Source: Tubulanus polymorphus
Lineage: Eukaryota > Animalia > Nemertea
Length of the DNA: 64,000 nt
Direction: 5' to 3'
NCBI RefSeq assembly: GCF_964204645.1
Contig: NC_134028.1
Coordinates: forward strand, 6,138,001-6,202,000
Position 1 is the stretch's first letter. Each line of letters starts with the position of its first letter. Made by a program: the position numbers and the translations under genes. The notes under the pieces are model-generated. The model did no database searches and had not been told where the DNA came from. It worked only from the letters and a program-made list of their open reading frames with translations. Shown here in pieces: positions 50,983 to 64,000 of the stretch.

Positions 50983-53076
50983 CAAACGGTAGCCGTTCTT
51001 TGTTCTCGTTGATGCTGTCTCTTGAATTTTGGCGGGAAGAGCATGACACAATGCCGTACACAACGGCGGCTATGTATTTAACAACCCCGCAGGGAGGGCC
51101 GAAAGAATAATTGTAATGATTGTACTAAACCGTGAGACCTGAATATAGAACTTTTGTACAGTTAAAACAAAGATACGAATGAATTTGCAAAACGCCGTAA
51201 AGCGCCCGCTCCAAAATTTTATTGTGGTCCTTCCGATCAAGGGGGAAAATCAAATGAAGTTAGGATAGGATTGAATAACAACCGAATTTTTCCGGCTTCA
51301 AGAATTTCGAATAAAGCCGACTGATCAATAAAACCCCAGATCCAATTTTTTGATCTCGCAGAAAATTTCGAATTTTGACTAAATGATAAAGGTTCCTAAT
51401 ATTGAGCCATTTCAAGTTATTGGAGTTTACTAAAAAAATCATCGGTTCTCACTCGATCAGGGGCGTCATAGATTTTTTAGAGGGGTCAGAATTACAAGCG
51501 GAACTAATGCCACGCGGCCTGGTTCGAGCCTACTATACGAGATGCCACATTTCTGAATTTCGATTTTCACGACCTTTTCGGGTAAAGTAGGAAAATTCCA
51601 GAATGTGAAAAAAACAGAACCCGTCAAAAACGGAATGGAGTCGGCGATTGTTACACCTATATACGCATACGGCTCTAACTCCGACTCTCTGACTATATGT
51701 GTGAGTAGAGACGTTAGTCAAGACGTGCCCAAACTGTGACAACCGTCAGTCTGCCAAATTAACAATATGTCATCAACTATGAAAACAATCATCTCACTCT
51801 AGGCCTCCTAACAACCCGTGTCTACTCCGCGCGTGTTCGGTGACAGATATAGGTATTTTTCTGTAGAAAGCCCTGCTATTTCATAACACGGGGTGAACAT
51901 TTTGCCACGCGCCCGCCTCACTTTCATATATTTTGTGATTGAAATATTCAATAATAAGACACTACTAGAATGGAAAATCCCCGGAAATTATTTCTCGCTT
52001 GGGTGACCCACACTGAGGAAAAATTCCAGCGTGGCGAAACTTAGCCCCGTTAATGACGATACGGCGCGCATATCACGAAAATAGAAAACCGATACCTGTG
52101 CCTGTGCGACAGGCCGAGATCAAGGATTTTGGCCGTATCACAACCCTGCAGATGCGGCAGTCTGCTTTTATAAAACTTCGGCATTGGGGTTATAGACCAA
52201 GGCTCAGAGAGAAGATTTGACCATTTGAACTAGAACGGCCCGAATGAGTACGAATTTCATTGGTTCATGTCTTTTTTGCGCAACCAGAGCCACTGGCCGA
52301 GGACTCCATGCCAAAATTAGTCATTCCGGTGACTGATGATTTCGAAAATATCAGACCTCTCTTGGAAAAACTTGGAAGCAAATTGTGATCTGCAGGTTTC
52401 TGCGAGGACAGGGACTGGAAAACTAGAGCACATTGGTAGTGTTGCCCGGAACAAATGTTCGTCCTCCAGCGACTTGTGGCCCGCCGCCGGGACCACTGAA
52501 GACGAGGCCGCGACCCCGGCCCATTTAAGAGCGCGATGTCACCCGAGAAACTTAATTCTGCAGTCCATATTTATCAGAGTTTCACTCGGTGTCAGAAAAT
52601 TGTGTACCTATATCTTCATCGAGTATTTCAAAAATTTCCTGAGTCAATACTTTGCGGTATTCGGCCAGACGATTGCAATACCACGGAGCTACCCCTTATT
52701 GGAGCTACCCTCATCGTACACACAATTCCATCTGACCAACTATGGCTGACATTTTCATGCGAAAATGAATGAACGAACTGTATAATAAAGACTAGCGTGT
52801 TTTAAAGCGTTTTGAAATGAATTCTGATGTTTTCAGCATATTCTCATTTTAAATATTGTGATTTAAAGGTAATCAGCTGTGTACTTATTGGTCATTTGGA
52901 AGCCTTTTAGGGGGCTGCAGATAGATTTTTAAGTTACTTCCGGGTTTGGGAAAACCAGATTATCATTTCCTGGTTGGTTGCATCGTACTAATTATTTTAT
53001 TTACACACTACACAGGATTGGATGTCCGTTCTCTGATTCTCAAATTCTATTCTGTATGAACTGATTCATATCCTAC

Positions 53077-56000
53077 ATGTTGAAGATGGGCCGATTTTTT
53101 ACCATATTCATTGTGTTTTGCCTCGGTGTTTCTTCAAGTGAGTAAAAAACCTGCTAAAAACGTCAACCCATCACAAACCGTACATCGAAATTTCAAAATA
53201 TCAGATGATCATTTTTCAGGAATAACATGTGATGAAGAGCTAGCGCCTGTGATCGTAAACCAAGCTAAGGACAAGCTTGCAGTGCCTAATACTGATGTAA
53301 CCTTCAATTGTTATGTCAAGTATGGCCATAATTTTCAGGTAAATTCAAAATCCTTCATTTCACATTTTACAATTTCTTGATTCTCAATACGTTGGAACCT
53401 CGTTATGAGAAACCCAGAGTGACCTTTCGGCCTATAGGCCTATATAATAATTTATCAAATAGCTGCCTTAATCAAAAGTTTTATCCCTATTAGCACTGAC
53501 TAATTGATAGGCCTACCTGAAAGTGCTGCAGATAATTTTAAAAATAACCAAAGATTTGTGTATTTCATGTTTCGGTTTTTTTTCACTAGGTTGGTTGGTT
53601 TATGCCAGAGCAGAATTTGCAAATATCAAAAAATGCCATTATATTCGCAGCACCACAAAATCAATATCAAGTAATTGAAGTCAGAAGAGATAAAGGTATT
53701 GGGATTTATAGTTCTTTACTTCAAATCAGGCCAGTTTAATAGTCAGGGCTTACGCTTAAGACCATGTTAGTTCTATGGAGCCTCTATCAACTTAGGAACA
53801 GTCTTAAGATTTAAGAGAAATTTTGGACTTAAGTTTCGATTATGGAACTGGCCTCGAGGGGTTCAAAATGTGGGACGGCCAATGCAGGTCCCATTAAGTA
53901 TCCAATTTATAACAGAATGATGAAACCATTTAACAAAGCATCAGTTCAGTCCCAGATTATTATATTTTCAGAAAATATCATTGAGTGGAATTTGTTGATT
54001 AAGAACGTTACAGATCACGATCATGGACTTTACGAATGTAGAATATTAGGAATGACGAATATTGTGCAACAAAATCGTTTACGCATAAAAGGTACATCAT
54101 TAGCATTGTAAAATAGCCGTAAATGTAAAATCTAAAGTAACGTATGTCGGTCTGAAAGATGAAATAATTTATCAAAGATTGACATCAACTGTAATAAGTT
54201 AAGACTTGATGAATATCATAAATTTAAGAACTTAAGAATTTAACAGAAGTTTTATATATAAAGTTTTATTTTTCAATGAATCAATGATATCCACAGTCTA
54301 CAATTGAGACTTGAGTATAAAAAGAGAACACTTTACGATGACCACATGTACCCTTACCCGTAGGCTAACAGATTTTGAATGCTGCAATTCTTCTTTCAGG
54401 AATTGTAGTGCCTGGACGTCCAAGAGACGGTGAATTCAACAAAACTGGTATGAATGATGATAATCCACTTTGCATTGAAACTTTTTTAATTTGAATATAT
54501 TTTTCTGGTACCAGAAATATTGTCATTTTCTTGTTCGCAGTTTGTTGTAAAGCGTTGAACGTTTCTAGTGCGTGTATGAACACTTGCGCGTTCGCCGCCT
54601 ATCCGCTGCATCGGACTCGGTGTACGGCAAATGATTTGGAAAAAATGCTTAAATGCGGCACCGACCACGGAAACCATGTTAGATGTTGTCTACGTCGAAG
54701 AGTCCATCCGGATTGTTATGATTTATGCAGCGGTAAGGTGACTTCTTTGCGAAGCCACCACAACGTTTGCATGAGAGACATTTTTGACATCGCGATGTGC
54801 CTCGAAGAAGGCCAAGGTCAGTGTATGAGCTGTTGTTTTCATAAATTGATAAATGCCTTGGAATTCATTCAAGATTTTAAGTTTTGGAATAGTACTGTAG
54901 ATACCTTGACTTAGCTTTGCCTGATCAAGCAATGAAGCAGTATAATCTAGCTTCAGAGGAACTATTGATTTGATGAAAGTTTGTTGTTTTCGAGCATCGT
55001 TTGCCTTAGAAAAATTGAATATAATGATGATATAAGGTGGCCACTTACCTGAAAATCAGGGAATTTTCTTTTCTTTACAGAATTAGTGAATAGTCGAGGT
55101 GAATGTTTTAGATAGTTAGATTTCTTGTATAATCAAACAGTTCTTGTCTGTCTTAGACATGTCAATGTATTTGACTGTGTAAATTGATTGGGATTCTTAG
55201 CAAAAAAGTTAGGGAAACAACTTGCATGTCATGGAGGTTACAAATCAAGTAGAAGTGGTCACTCTGTGATATATTATTTTCTAGTAACAATACCGAGCCA
55301 GCCTCTAGATGTATCTGCGCAAGGTTTAGGCGATACGTCCGTCCTGGTGAACTGGTCTCCACCCGCGAAGAATGCCAAAATGGTTACCGGATATCGAGTT
55401 TTCTATCAACAAGTGATGCCAGACTCCACTCCGATTCCTGCCATTCCTCCTGCCATGTCGGTGAGGCGCTAAGATTACATTAAAAAAAACAAGAAAACTA
55501 ACTCGAAAGTTTATTGACACCTTGGAAAATAAATTGTATATTTTTATTCATTTATAATTCAGACTTCCATCCTGAGTAATGATACAAAATTTGCAGTATT
55601 GACATCGCTGAAAACCTATCAGCGATATTTGGTACATGTGATTGCTATAGGACCGCATGGTTCTAGTAAGCCGTCCACACAAGTTGAAGTAGTCGCGTCC
55701 AAAGGTATATATGAAATGAATCCCTGAATGAGGAAAAATATGAGGTTCGGAAATTACTTACTGATATCGATTTTTTTTTCTCCAGGAAATGTAGATAAAT
55801 TTCGTCCAGGTGGTTCCACAGTAAAAGGTACAAAAATCTGTTCGAGACACTTTCTGAATGTTCTTTTGAAAATCACTGTATAGAATTCGTTTTTGTATTT
55901 CCTATTTCAGACTGTTGTGTTGCGAAAGGAATGACACAGAAGTGTATTGATTACATGTGTGGAGGACCTGTTAATACGGCAGACATTGATAGTTATCTGT

Positions 56001-59000
56001 CGTGCACTGGTGAAGCTCATAAAGCTTATCAATGTTTTGCGGGTAGGTTGTTACATCGACATAGAAAACATGGTACTCCCATTTTCCTTGATTACCAATG
56101 CCAACGAAGATGATTATCAAGGATTTTCTTTGAATCTGGTTTAGTTGATGAAATGGCAGGGTCTAATAACTGTATTCCACCTCAGTATGTTGAATAACGG
56201 TTTATTGTTAGTTGATAATGTTTAACTGTGTTTGACAGGTCATTTTTCACTTAAGATAAAAACTAATTGCTAATTACATCAATACACAGCGGTGTGATGT
56301 ACTACACCATGGTACAGTGTACTAGCAAGTCCTTCCCTGATTTATACACCGCACTGCAGTGTAGATGCTGCACTGAAAGGGTTAAATCAAAGCTTGTAAT
56401 GAAATAAAGTATTCAATCTTTCATGTTCAGTTTTCGTTAGACTAATCAGACATTTAACATTTGAATACCATATGTATATTGTATATTTATGCAGGTAATC
56501 GTAACCATACGTCTTGTTGCGCGTTGATACCCGGTATCGTTCCGACGTGTTTAGAGTTATGTAGTGGAGCGCCACCTACGTATGATCTCAAACATCTCGC
56601 TTGTTTACCCAAATTCGATGAAATCAGTAATTGTTTCGCGGAAGGATTAGGTAAATGAAACCGAAATTGTCTGACCGTGAGGACCTCTAGTTTAAAGAAT
56701 GATTTTCAACTGAGCGTAAAACAATATTTTATTGAATTCTGTGGTATTTGTTTTTCTACCAGCCTTGTTGCCGGGACCACCGATCAGAGCTTACGTCAAT
56801 AAAATCGACTTTACTGAAGCGTTAATCCATTGGAGTAAACCAACGTTGAATGCTGACCGTGTGAATGAATATATCGTCAAATACCGACTGAGAAGTTCAT
56901 CGGAGTCCTATACGCTGGTAATGATTATCAAACATAACTGTCTTTAATTCTTGTCCCCCCAGGATCCAGGAGTTAGATTTAATTTCAATCATGTTGAACT
57001 TAAGAGTCTTAAGTGATTTATCATGAACCATACAACAGAATCAGTTCCACCAATTCAAATATAACTCATAAATGGGTCCAGAAGTCGGCTATGAACATCA
57101 ATGACAGTGTTATTGATGTGTCACATATGCTCGGAAAGAATAAAAATTTTTAGTTCAACTTGATTTTGTAGGCAACTACAGTGAATAGATATATCCAACT
57201 GAAAGATTTGAAACCGGACAAAATGTACGAAGCAATGGTCGTCGCTGCTAACAGTAAAGGAGAAAGTATACCAACTTCAAAACTGATTTTCTTAACCCAC
57301 GGCGAAACAGGAGGTTAGTGTCATACTAGCAACTCGATTGTAATTCTGAAATTCATTGTTAAATCATTATGATATTGAATATTGAGTGGTATAAGATATT
57401 TACACTGGACGAATCCAATTAAGCGTTTATCTGAGAGTAAACTACTCTATTGTTTAATGGATCGTCCAAATTGGGTGAATTAAATCAAATGTGCGCTTAA
57501 TGTATTTTCAGAAACAGGCACCATGAATGCGACTAAACCATTCGCAAATGATAATACAACTGGTAAGTAAAGACTGACATTTTCATCCCTGCCTATACCT
57601 ATCGAGGAATGTCTTTGAATATGAAATCATCAACTGCGGAGTGTGGTTTAGATGTGTCTGTTCGCTATTTAATTCAGATATGGCACCAACAAGCCCTGTG
57701 AATGTGCGTATTGCTAGCTCTGGTGTTGACGCCCATTCAATATCAGTTGTGTGGGACAAGCCACGCTACGCCCCGTATGGTATTACACAATACAGAATAG
57801 AGTGGTCTATGGACGAAAATTTCTTTTATTCCGTAAGTCCTTATAATTCTTTGTAAACTTGTGTGTTGTGAGGTAAACTTGAGTAAAAATGACGCTGAAG
57901 TTTGAATTGTCATTTCTTGAAAAAACGCAAAGAAATCAAGCGAAATTGATTAAAGAATTTTGGGTTTTTTTTAATGCAATACAGTCCTTTTGTGTTTTGG
58001 CATCACAAAATCATATTGTTGAAGTCATTGAGAATCAATGAGAATGTTGCCCTTGTTTTTGAATGTTTGCAACTAGCACCTGTAAATTTTATCTGTACCT
58101 ATAAGTATGGTAACTTATATCTCTGTATCAACCATGTTGTTTATTTAGGCTAATACGAAGTTGACTTCATACAAAATCCAAGGATTACAACCGTCAACAT
58201 CTTACAACATAAGACTTATTGCTATTAACCCGAAAGCTGAAAGTTCACCATCCGATATGACTCAGCAAATGACTCGAGGTAAAACCTGTCAGCTCAAATA
58301 GAAACGAACCAAACATCACTGTCAGTTTGTCTTGCTTAATCACCTCATAATGTTATGTGTGTTTATATTTCTAGATGGGGTAGTCGTAGTTAAGCCTACT
58401 AATCCACCGCCGATACAAAGTTTTAGCGGTTAGTATAAAACAACAAACATATATGACTTGTGAGTTAAATTAGTCTGATGAATTAGTACATTTTCAATCC
58501 AGAAATATGAACTGCATCGAGTAGACTTGGCTTTAATAGTTACCTATCTAATCGATTCACTCATTTGAAAATCATCCATATCTTTACTATCATCATCATG
58601 TTTATCATCATGGACTGAGGCCTGGTAGAGGCCTATTGATGTCCGACTCGTTTGGTGATTGATATCAGTTTAGGTGACAGGGTTTCTATAAAAGTTCTCT
58701 AATTCAGATAAGTAGTAAATTCCCAAACTGGAAGTTGCCATTTGGCTCCAAACTGGTGAAAATTTAATTTCCAAACTTCAGCGACTTAACCCTGGCGTAG
58801 GGCGGCTCCGCTTCTGCCAATATCTTGTTGCGACGCATTCTCGCCAACAACGATAGCATCACAAAGCCTTGATGACCTACACATCCTTGCTGCTGCTAGC
58901 GACACCAGTGGCAACAAGCTGTACATGTTCTGCTCTGACCGACATTTAGTCAACCTATGCGCCCATTTGCGACCAGTTGTAAATCATCATGTCGTATAGC

Positions 59001-62000
59001 AGGTCTTGCTACGCCGCAGTAAGGTTGAGTGCACTGTGCATGTGCAAAATATGTATACCAGTAATACCAACATGGTGTTAGTGGTTGCTCACTCGAATGT
59101 GAAAATAATGAACGATGCTTATTTTTTAGATTGTTGTAATAAAAGTGGTGTTAATCCAGCGTGCGTGCCGTTGTGTGAAGGAAAAACAGTATCCAATGTC
59201 GTTCAATGCTCAAAAGACTTGGATAAAATCGTCATATGTCTCTCAGGTACTAGGAGGACTAAGTAATAAATACGTAAAAAAATTCCACAATAAGTCCAGA
59301 AAAAGACAAAAAGTTCTTCTCTGATTCATCATTGTTTCTGGTCTTTGCTTTAAATTACTTTAAGTCGAATTCACTTTAAAACTTTTAAATTAATTGCCTC
59401 CTTGAAATATTTTTATCTTTTTCTGGAATTATTGTGGGATTTTCGATGTATTCATTGTTCAATCAAATTATGGCCTTCTCAACCTAAGTTATAAAAATTG
59501 ATTATTGAAAAAACTTCAAACATAGTTCTAATTCCCATCCATAACTGTTCCATTTTTATGGTTACAGACAGGCGTAACCATGACAGTTGTTGCAATCAGA
59601 GACATGTACCGAGTGTTTGTTTACCGTACTGCCATGGAAAGTCACAGGGTAACACGTATGCTGCTGTAGGCTGTATGCTACACATCGATTCTATGCGATC
59701 GTGTTTCTTTTCCAACTACTGTAAGTATTTTACCTAAGCATATTATCAACCCGATAAGGATTGAATTTTGTAGATACATATACTTTCAAATTCCATTTGA
59801 TTCCAGATGATTTGCCAACTGCACCGGAAGAGTTTGTAGTTACGTCAGTAGGCGTAAATAGTCTTACATGTTCTTGGAAACCACCTGCTAGCAATCAAGT
59901 CGGCATCAAGTACATCTTTTTCTACAGAGCTGACCTCTTCTATAGCAGATACACTGCCATATCGGTAAATTATTTCAATTAGCTTATAATAGAGTCCGAT
60001 AAAAGTAGTTCCCACCATTTTAATCACATCTAAGAATCTTTTGTTTAAAAGAATTGTACACTTATTTGTTTCAATATCCTATATAAGCAAATAGATTATT
60101 CATTATCATTATTATTATGATTATTATTATTACCATTATTATTATCATTGTTAACCTTTCCTGCTTCTTGTGGTTCAAAGCAGTTTTCATGTAAATTTCT
60201 GAATGTCACCTTATTTATCATTCAGAATGCAACCAGTCCCATGACGTTGAAGTATCTTTACGGAAACCAATTCTACGAGATTTTCGTCATCGCTCACAAT
60301 AATTTGGGTTCCAGTTTGCCCTCAACCATGGTCCGTGTTAGAACTCTCCAATACTGTAAGTGTCTCTGAAATCATTGAAATACTTGAATTCCGTGTTCTC
60401 TATATGCTGGAATTTTAAAGGGGCTGCATTCATTGTTAAGTGTAGTTAACTGCTGAAGTAGCAAGGTTTTCGATCACCCCTCTAAAATTTGTTGTGGAGG
60501 ACACTGGAATTGAGTGGAATTTCCAAGTGAGAAACAATATGTGGTAATCAAACTTCATACACTTTTTGAATAGCATCACAGAATATTCGAGTGAGCCAGA
60601 TACCGTCTGGTGTTGTCAGACGAGGCCAAGATGTGACATTAACCTGTCATATTCTAAATCCGCAATCAACCACATATTTGAAGTGGCAGTTCCAGCAGGA
60701 AAAAAATCCAAAAGTAACTGGTCAAGTCGGTGAAAATTTAGAACTGGTTTTGAAGTCGGTGTCCGGCAAGCAGGCCGGCTTGTACGCTTGTTCCGAACTA
60801 GATGATAAAGAAGCTGTGATAAATCGTATCAAAGTAAACCTTGAAGTCAGAGGTACGTTTGACTCAAAATTAACAACCGCTTTTTTCAAGAGTTGCTCTG
60901 CCTAAGTCAGATAGATTTGACTTATCATTAAGATACCTAATTTGTAAGGACTTTCACATAAGAATTAGTTTCTTGATAAGTGATGCAAAAAGTTCAATAC
61001 AGTAATAGTGGCTTTAGACCATAAGCACCTCATAGAATGACTAAATTACAAAAGAATTAATTACAAAGAAAACTTTTTTCCTGTGCCTTTATTTTAAAGG
61101 TATATACACTAACTGCTGCATAGACTACATCGGTGTAGCAGGTGTATTGCAAGTATTTTAAAAACTTTAGAATTTTAAAGTGAGAGTCAAATTTCACGTC
61201 ACTGGAACTGCATCCTGAAGTCTCATCTAGTGGCCCCTACCTGTTGATCCATCAGCAACTTCTTTTACTCCTTTCCTAGTCCTAGAAGCAATAAGCTTAT
61301 TCCTGTTAAGTGATGACCTTTGAAATTAGTTGTTGTGTTCTTGTTTCTTCTCACAGATACACCAGAAGTTCGTATGGATGGTGTTGAAAAAGTCGGTGTT
61401 AATGAAGTTACCACTGCTGTCGACTTTATTTGCCATATCTATGGATCACCGACAACCGTACGGTGGTTTTCCGAACCGCTCGGAATTGAAATAAATTCGC
61501 GAATGAATCACTTCAGCCGTTTCAACCGATTAAACCATGATGGCGAATTTGAATCGTGGCTCGCAATTCTCGGAGTAACTCCAAAAGATTTCGGCATATA
61601 TAAATGTGTGGCATCGAATGAATTCGGAACAGCAACTGGGCGATTTCTTCTGTACGGTCAGTACCATTCTCACTTGCATTGTGTTGAACCCTTTCTACCG
61701 ACTGAGTATCACTCAATGGCCAAAATCTTTTACTGGTTAACCCTTTCAGTGCGCGGTGCAGTGTATAAATCAGGGATGGATTTTGCTAGTACACCGCAAC
61801 CACGCTTTTATCTATTGAAAGATGGCAGCCCCTGTGCAACAAAGTGAAATATTAGTGATTAACAATACACTGCACTCTAGTGTAGAGGCACTAAAGCAGT
61901 GTGCCTGCTATTCAATGCACTGGGATGGAATTTTTCTAAATTTTCAAATAATCTCCAGCACTCTCGGGTATTGATTAGGCACTGATAGGGCTTTAATGTA

Positions 62001-63729
62001 ACTTCATGTATTAAGAAACTGACAATTTTCATATGAAATTTGAGACTTCTTTCTGTCAATTCACTATGTTCTTGTCTTTGAATTGTTGCTACATACATAT
62101 TTGAAGTATGTTTCGTAATAATTTGTTTAGATGAAAACGGCAACGTAACTGAACCAGCAGCAGAACCTGTTCTCAATGTAAGAGGTATGCATTCATTACA
62201 TTTTACCGTAAATTGGTGAAAACATACGTAGATTATAAGGGACAATAGTGGTGGGTTTTTAAATCTCAATTTGTTTACTCTATAAGAGTCACCTCTGCAT
62301 AACTCATGGTCCGATGATGCGAGTACCATTAGCTTTAAAAAATTTGCATTTACGTAATTGTCAATTTTCAATATAGCCTGCTGCGAAAAGAGAAACGTGA
62401 CTGCTGATTGTTTGGACGCTTGCACGGTCGACATCGATGCTACATTTCTACAGGATAACTTCAACAAATGTGTCAACCACGTGAACAGCGCTATTCTATG
62501 CGCTGCTGGTAAGTTAGAAACGACATAGCAATACGGATGATATATTCATAAATTATCTTGGATGTTACACAATGTATTTTTGCAGATGGAAAAGATCACA
62601 GCAGTTGTTGTAAGTCGATAGGAGTTCCATCGTACTGTACGCATTACTGTTCCGGTCATCCTGTATCTTACAATAGAATTCTTGACTGTATGATGTATAT
62701 GAGTAAGATCGTTAATTGCATGGAGCAAGGACGCCGTAAGTATTTGAGTTTCCTTCTAAAATGAAGTATAAACAAGGGAAAACTGATAAAGGACAGTCAT
62801 TCTTGTGTGTTGACACTTTTAAAAGGACCTGAACTCGTTACATCCCAAAAGGGCCCTTTGACGTACAAAAAGGCAATACATTTGTATAAGGTCACTTCTG
62901 CACTGAGGGGCAAACTGTACACTTCCTAGTGGTTCTATCTTGACAGAATGCACTTTGATATCCAACAAGGCAATATTAAGTTTACTCCTGCACTGAAATG
63001 CACCAATCTTTGGTTGAGAAAATGAAAAAGGGCTCTCAAAAAAGACCTGCGCAAGTCTCCCAAGTCCCCCCTGGATCGGATGTAGAATAACCGAAACAGA
63101 GGTTATTGACTTATTCTAATGTAATCATTTATCATTATGTATTTCAGATATTCTACCGTCTAAACCAAGAAATCTACGAGGAAACGCAGAAAATTCGGCC
63201 ATATTCATCGAATGGGACGTGCCAGCCAATCAGCCGGGATATGTACAATATTACCTGATATCGTATAAAGCTTACGTTCACAGTCGAGAGATTGATGAAC
63301 AATTGAAAGTGGTAAGCGGAGTAGATTTCAATGACAAAAATTGTAGTATACTCCTTGCCACCAAGGCAGACAATATATGCGTTTATGCCATTTTTAGCCC
63401 TGGAGAGAATGTTAATTGATAAGGGAGAGGTTGAGGAAGATCCAGCTGCCATCATTACTCCAAACCCATGAACCTATGAATTGGGACCACTATATATCAA
63501 AGACAGTCCAACTCTAGGGGCTCTAAAACCTCTGAAACTTCCTAATACTCTGTGTACTCTTGACAACTACGGAAAAAATTGACAATTCGTGTATCATTTC
63601 AGGGGCGGTCGCTGAAGATGTATCGAATCAGACACCTGATTGCTGGAATCAAATATTACATCTCACTAGAAGCTGTCAATCATTACGGACGCAGTCATCC
63701 ATCTGATACCTTGATTATTTCTACACTTG
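53077..63729 (+). CDS. Ig-like, DB-module and fibronectin type-III domain protein (IGDB-type), 3'-incomplete, >=1276 aa, >=28 exons
   Basis: Exons: 53077-53137, 53220-53338, 53590-53695, 53972-54091, 54400-54447, 54541-54816, 55285-55460, 55563-55704, 55786-55827, 55911-56042, 56495-56650, 56763-56917, 57172-57313, 57512-57562, 57678-57832, 58149-58278, 58375-58428, 59130-59246, 59568-59720, 59807-59964, 60226-60355, 60574-60852, 61357-61656, 62131-62184, 62377-62508, 62586-62735, 63148-63311, 63603-63729. Domain order: signal peptide, Ig (DHGLYEC), DB (CC...C...C / NHxxCC), FN3, DB, FN3, FN3, DB, FN3, Ig, Ig (DFGIYKC), DB, FN3. The last exon ends in a donor, so the gene continues past the window. 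Confidence 0.88.
55035..55266 (+). mobile_element. hAT-like MITE family A, copy 5 (both termini present)
   Basis: aggtggccactt...aagtggtcactctg, with TGATATA on both flanks (55028-55034 and 55267-55273) as a candidate target-site duplication. Confidence 0.75.
56285..56381 (-). mobile_element. piggyBac-type MITE family C, partial inverted copy
   Basis: ...atttatacaccgcactgcagtgtagatgctgcactgaaaggg|TTAA. Confidence 0.7.
59269..59452. repeat. Degenerate inverted repeat with ~45-bp arms
   Basis: aatacgtaaaaaaattccacaataagtccagaaaaagacaaaaa matches the reverse complement of tttttatctttttctggaattattgtgggattttcgatgtatt. Confidence 0.75.
61741..61990 (+). mobile_element. piggyBac-type MITE family C, copy 3
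   Basis: TTAA|ccctttcagtgc ... gcactgataggg. The internal sequence is homologous to 33346-33587. Confidence 0.75.
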
Positions 63730-64000
63730 GTATGTGTAAACCGTTCAGTCAAGCTGTCGACTACTAGTAGATATATTTTGAAATAAAATGGTACAGAATA
63801 GGTTCTCGGGCTTCCATGAGATCCTGAGTCTCATCCTGTTTGTCTGTGTGGGTGTGTCTGACTTTCAGCTACTCAGCTTCGTTAATAGTGGGTCGATTTT
63901 GATGAAACTTTGTTACAATGTTAGTATGGGGGTCTGGTTCTACAGTGCAAAGAATGGACATCACCTAGTGGCAGAACTAGGCACTAAAAACTGTTTTTCA

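Noticed and set aside
61877-62476. 199-aa minus-strand ORF
   Set aside because: It runs antisense across two Ig/DB exons, introns and a MITE, and has no domain features.

Overview
This is AT-rich, intron-containing animal genomic DNA, not prokaryotic. The DB-module gene suggests a bilaterian invertebrate (inference). The supplied ORF track captures only exon fragments, so I rebuilt six gene models by hand from GT-AG boundaries and phase continuity. (1) A 19-exon USP53/USP54 (echinus-like) deubiquitinase on + (1549-28652). (2) DNAJB12/14 on - (35171-38425). (3, 4) Two tandem 8-exon acid lipases of the LIPA/LIPF family on + (39665-42420 and 44078-47025). (5) Histone H2A.Z on - (49162-50831). 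(6) A secreted or cell-surface Ig/DB-module/FN3 protein on + (from 53077, running off the window). Introns and intergenic DNA hold several families of short non-autonomous DNA transposons (hAT-, piggyBac- and Harbinger-like MITEs) and SINE remnants. The most striking non-coding structure is a ~290-bp fold-back insertion (2119-2408) carrying Penelope-type hammerhead-ribozyme cores on both strands. It is nested inside a MITE in an intron of the USP gene. I found no rRNA, intact tRNA or CRISPR array. All family assignments come from motif recognition, not database searches.
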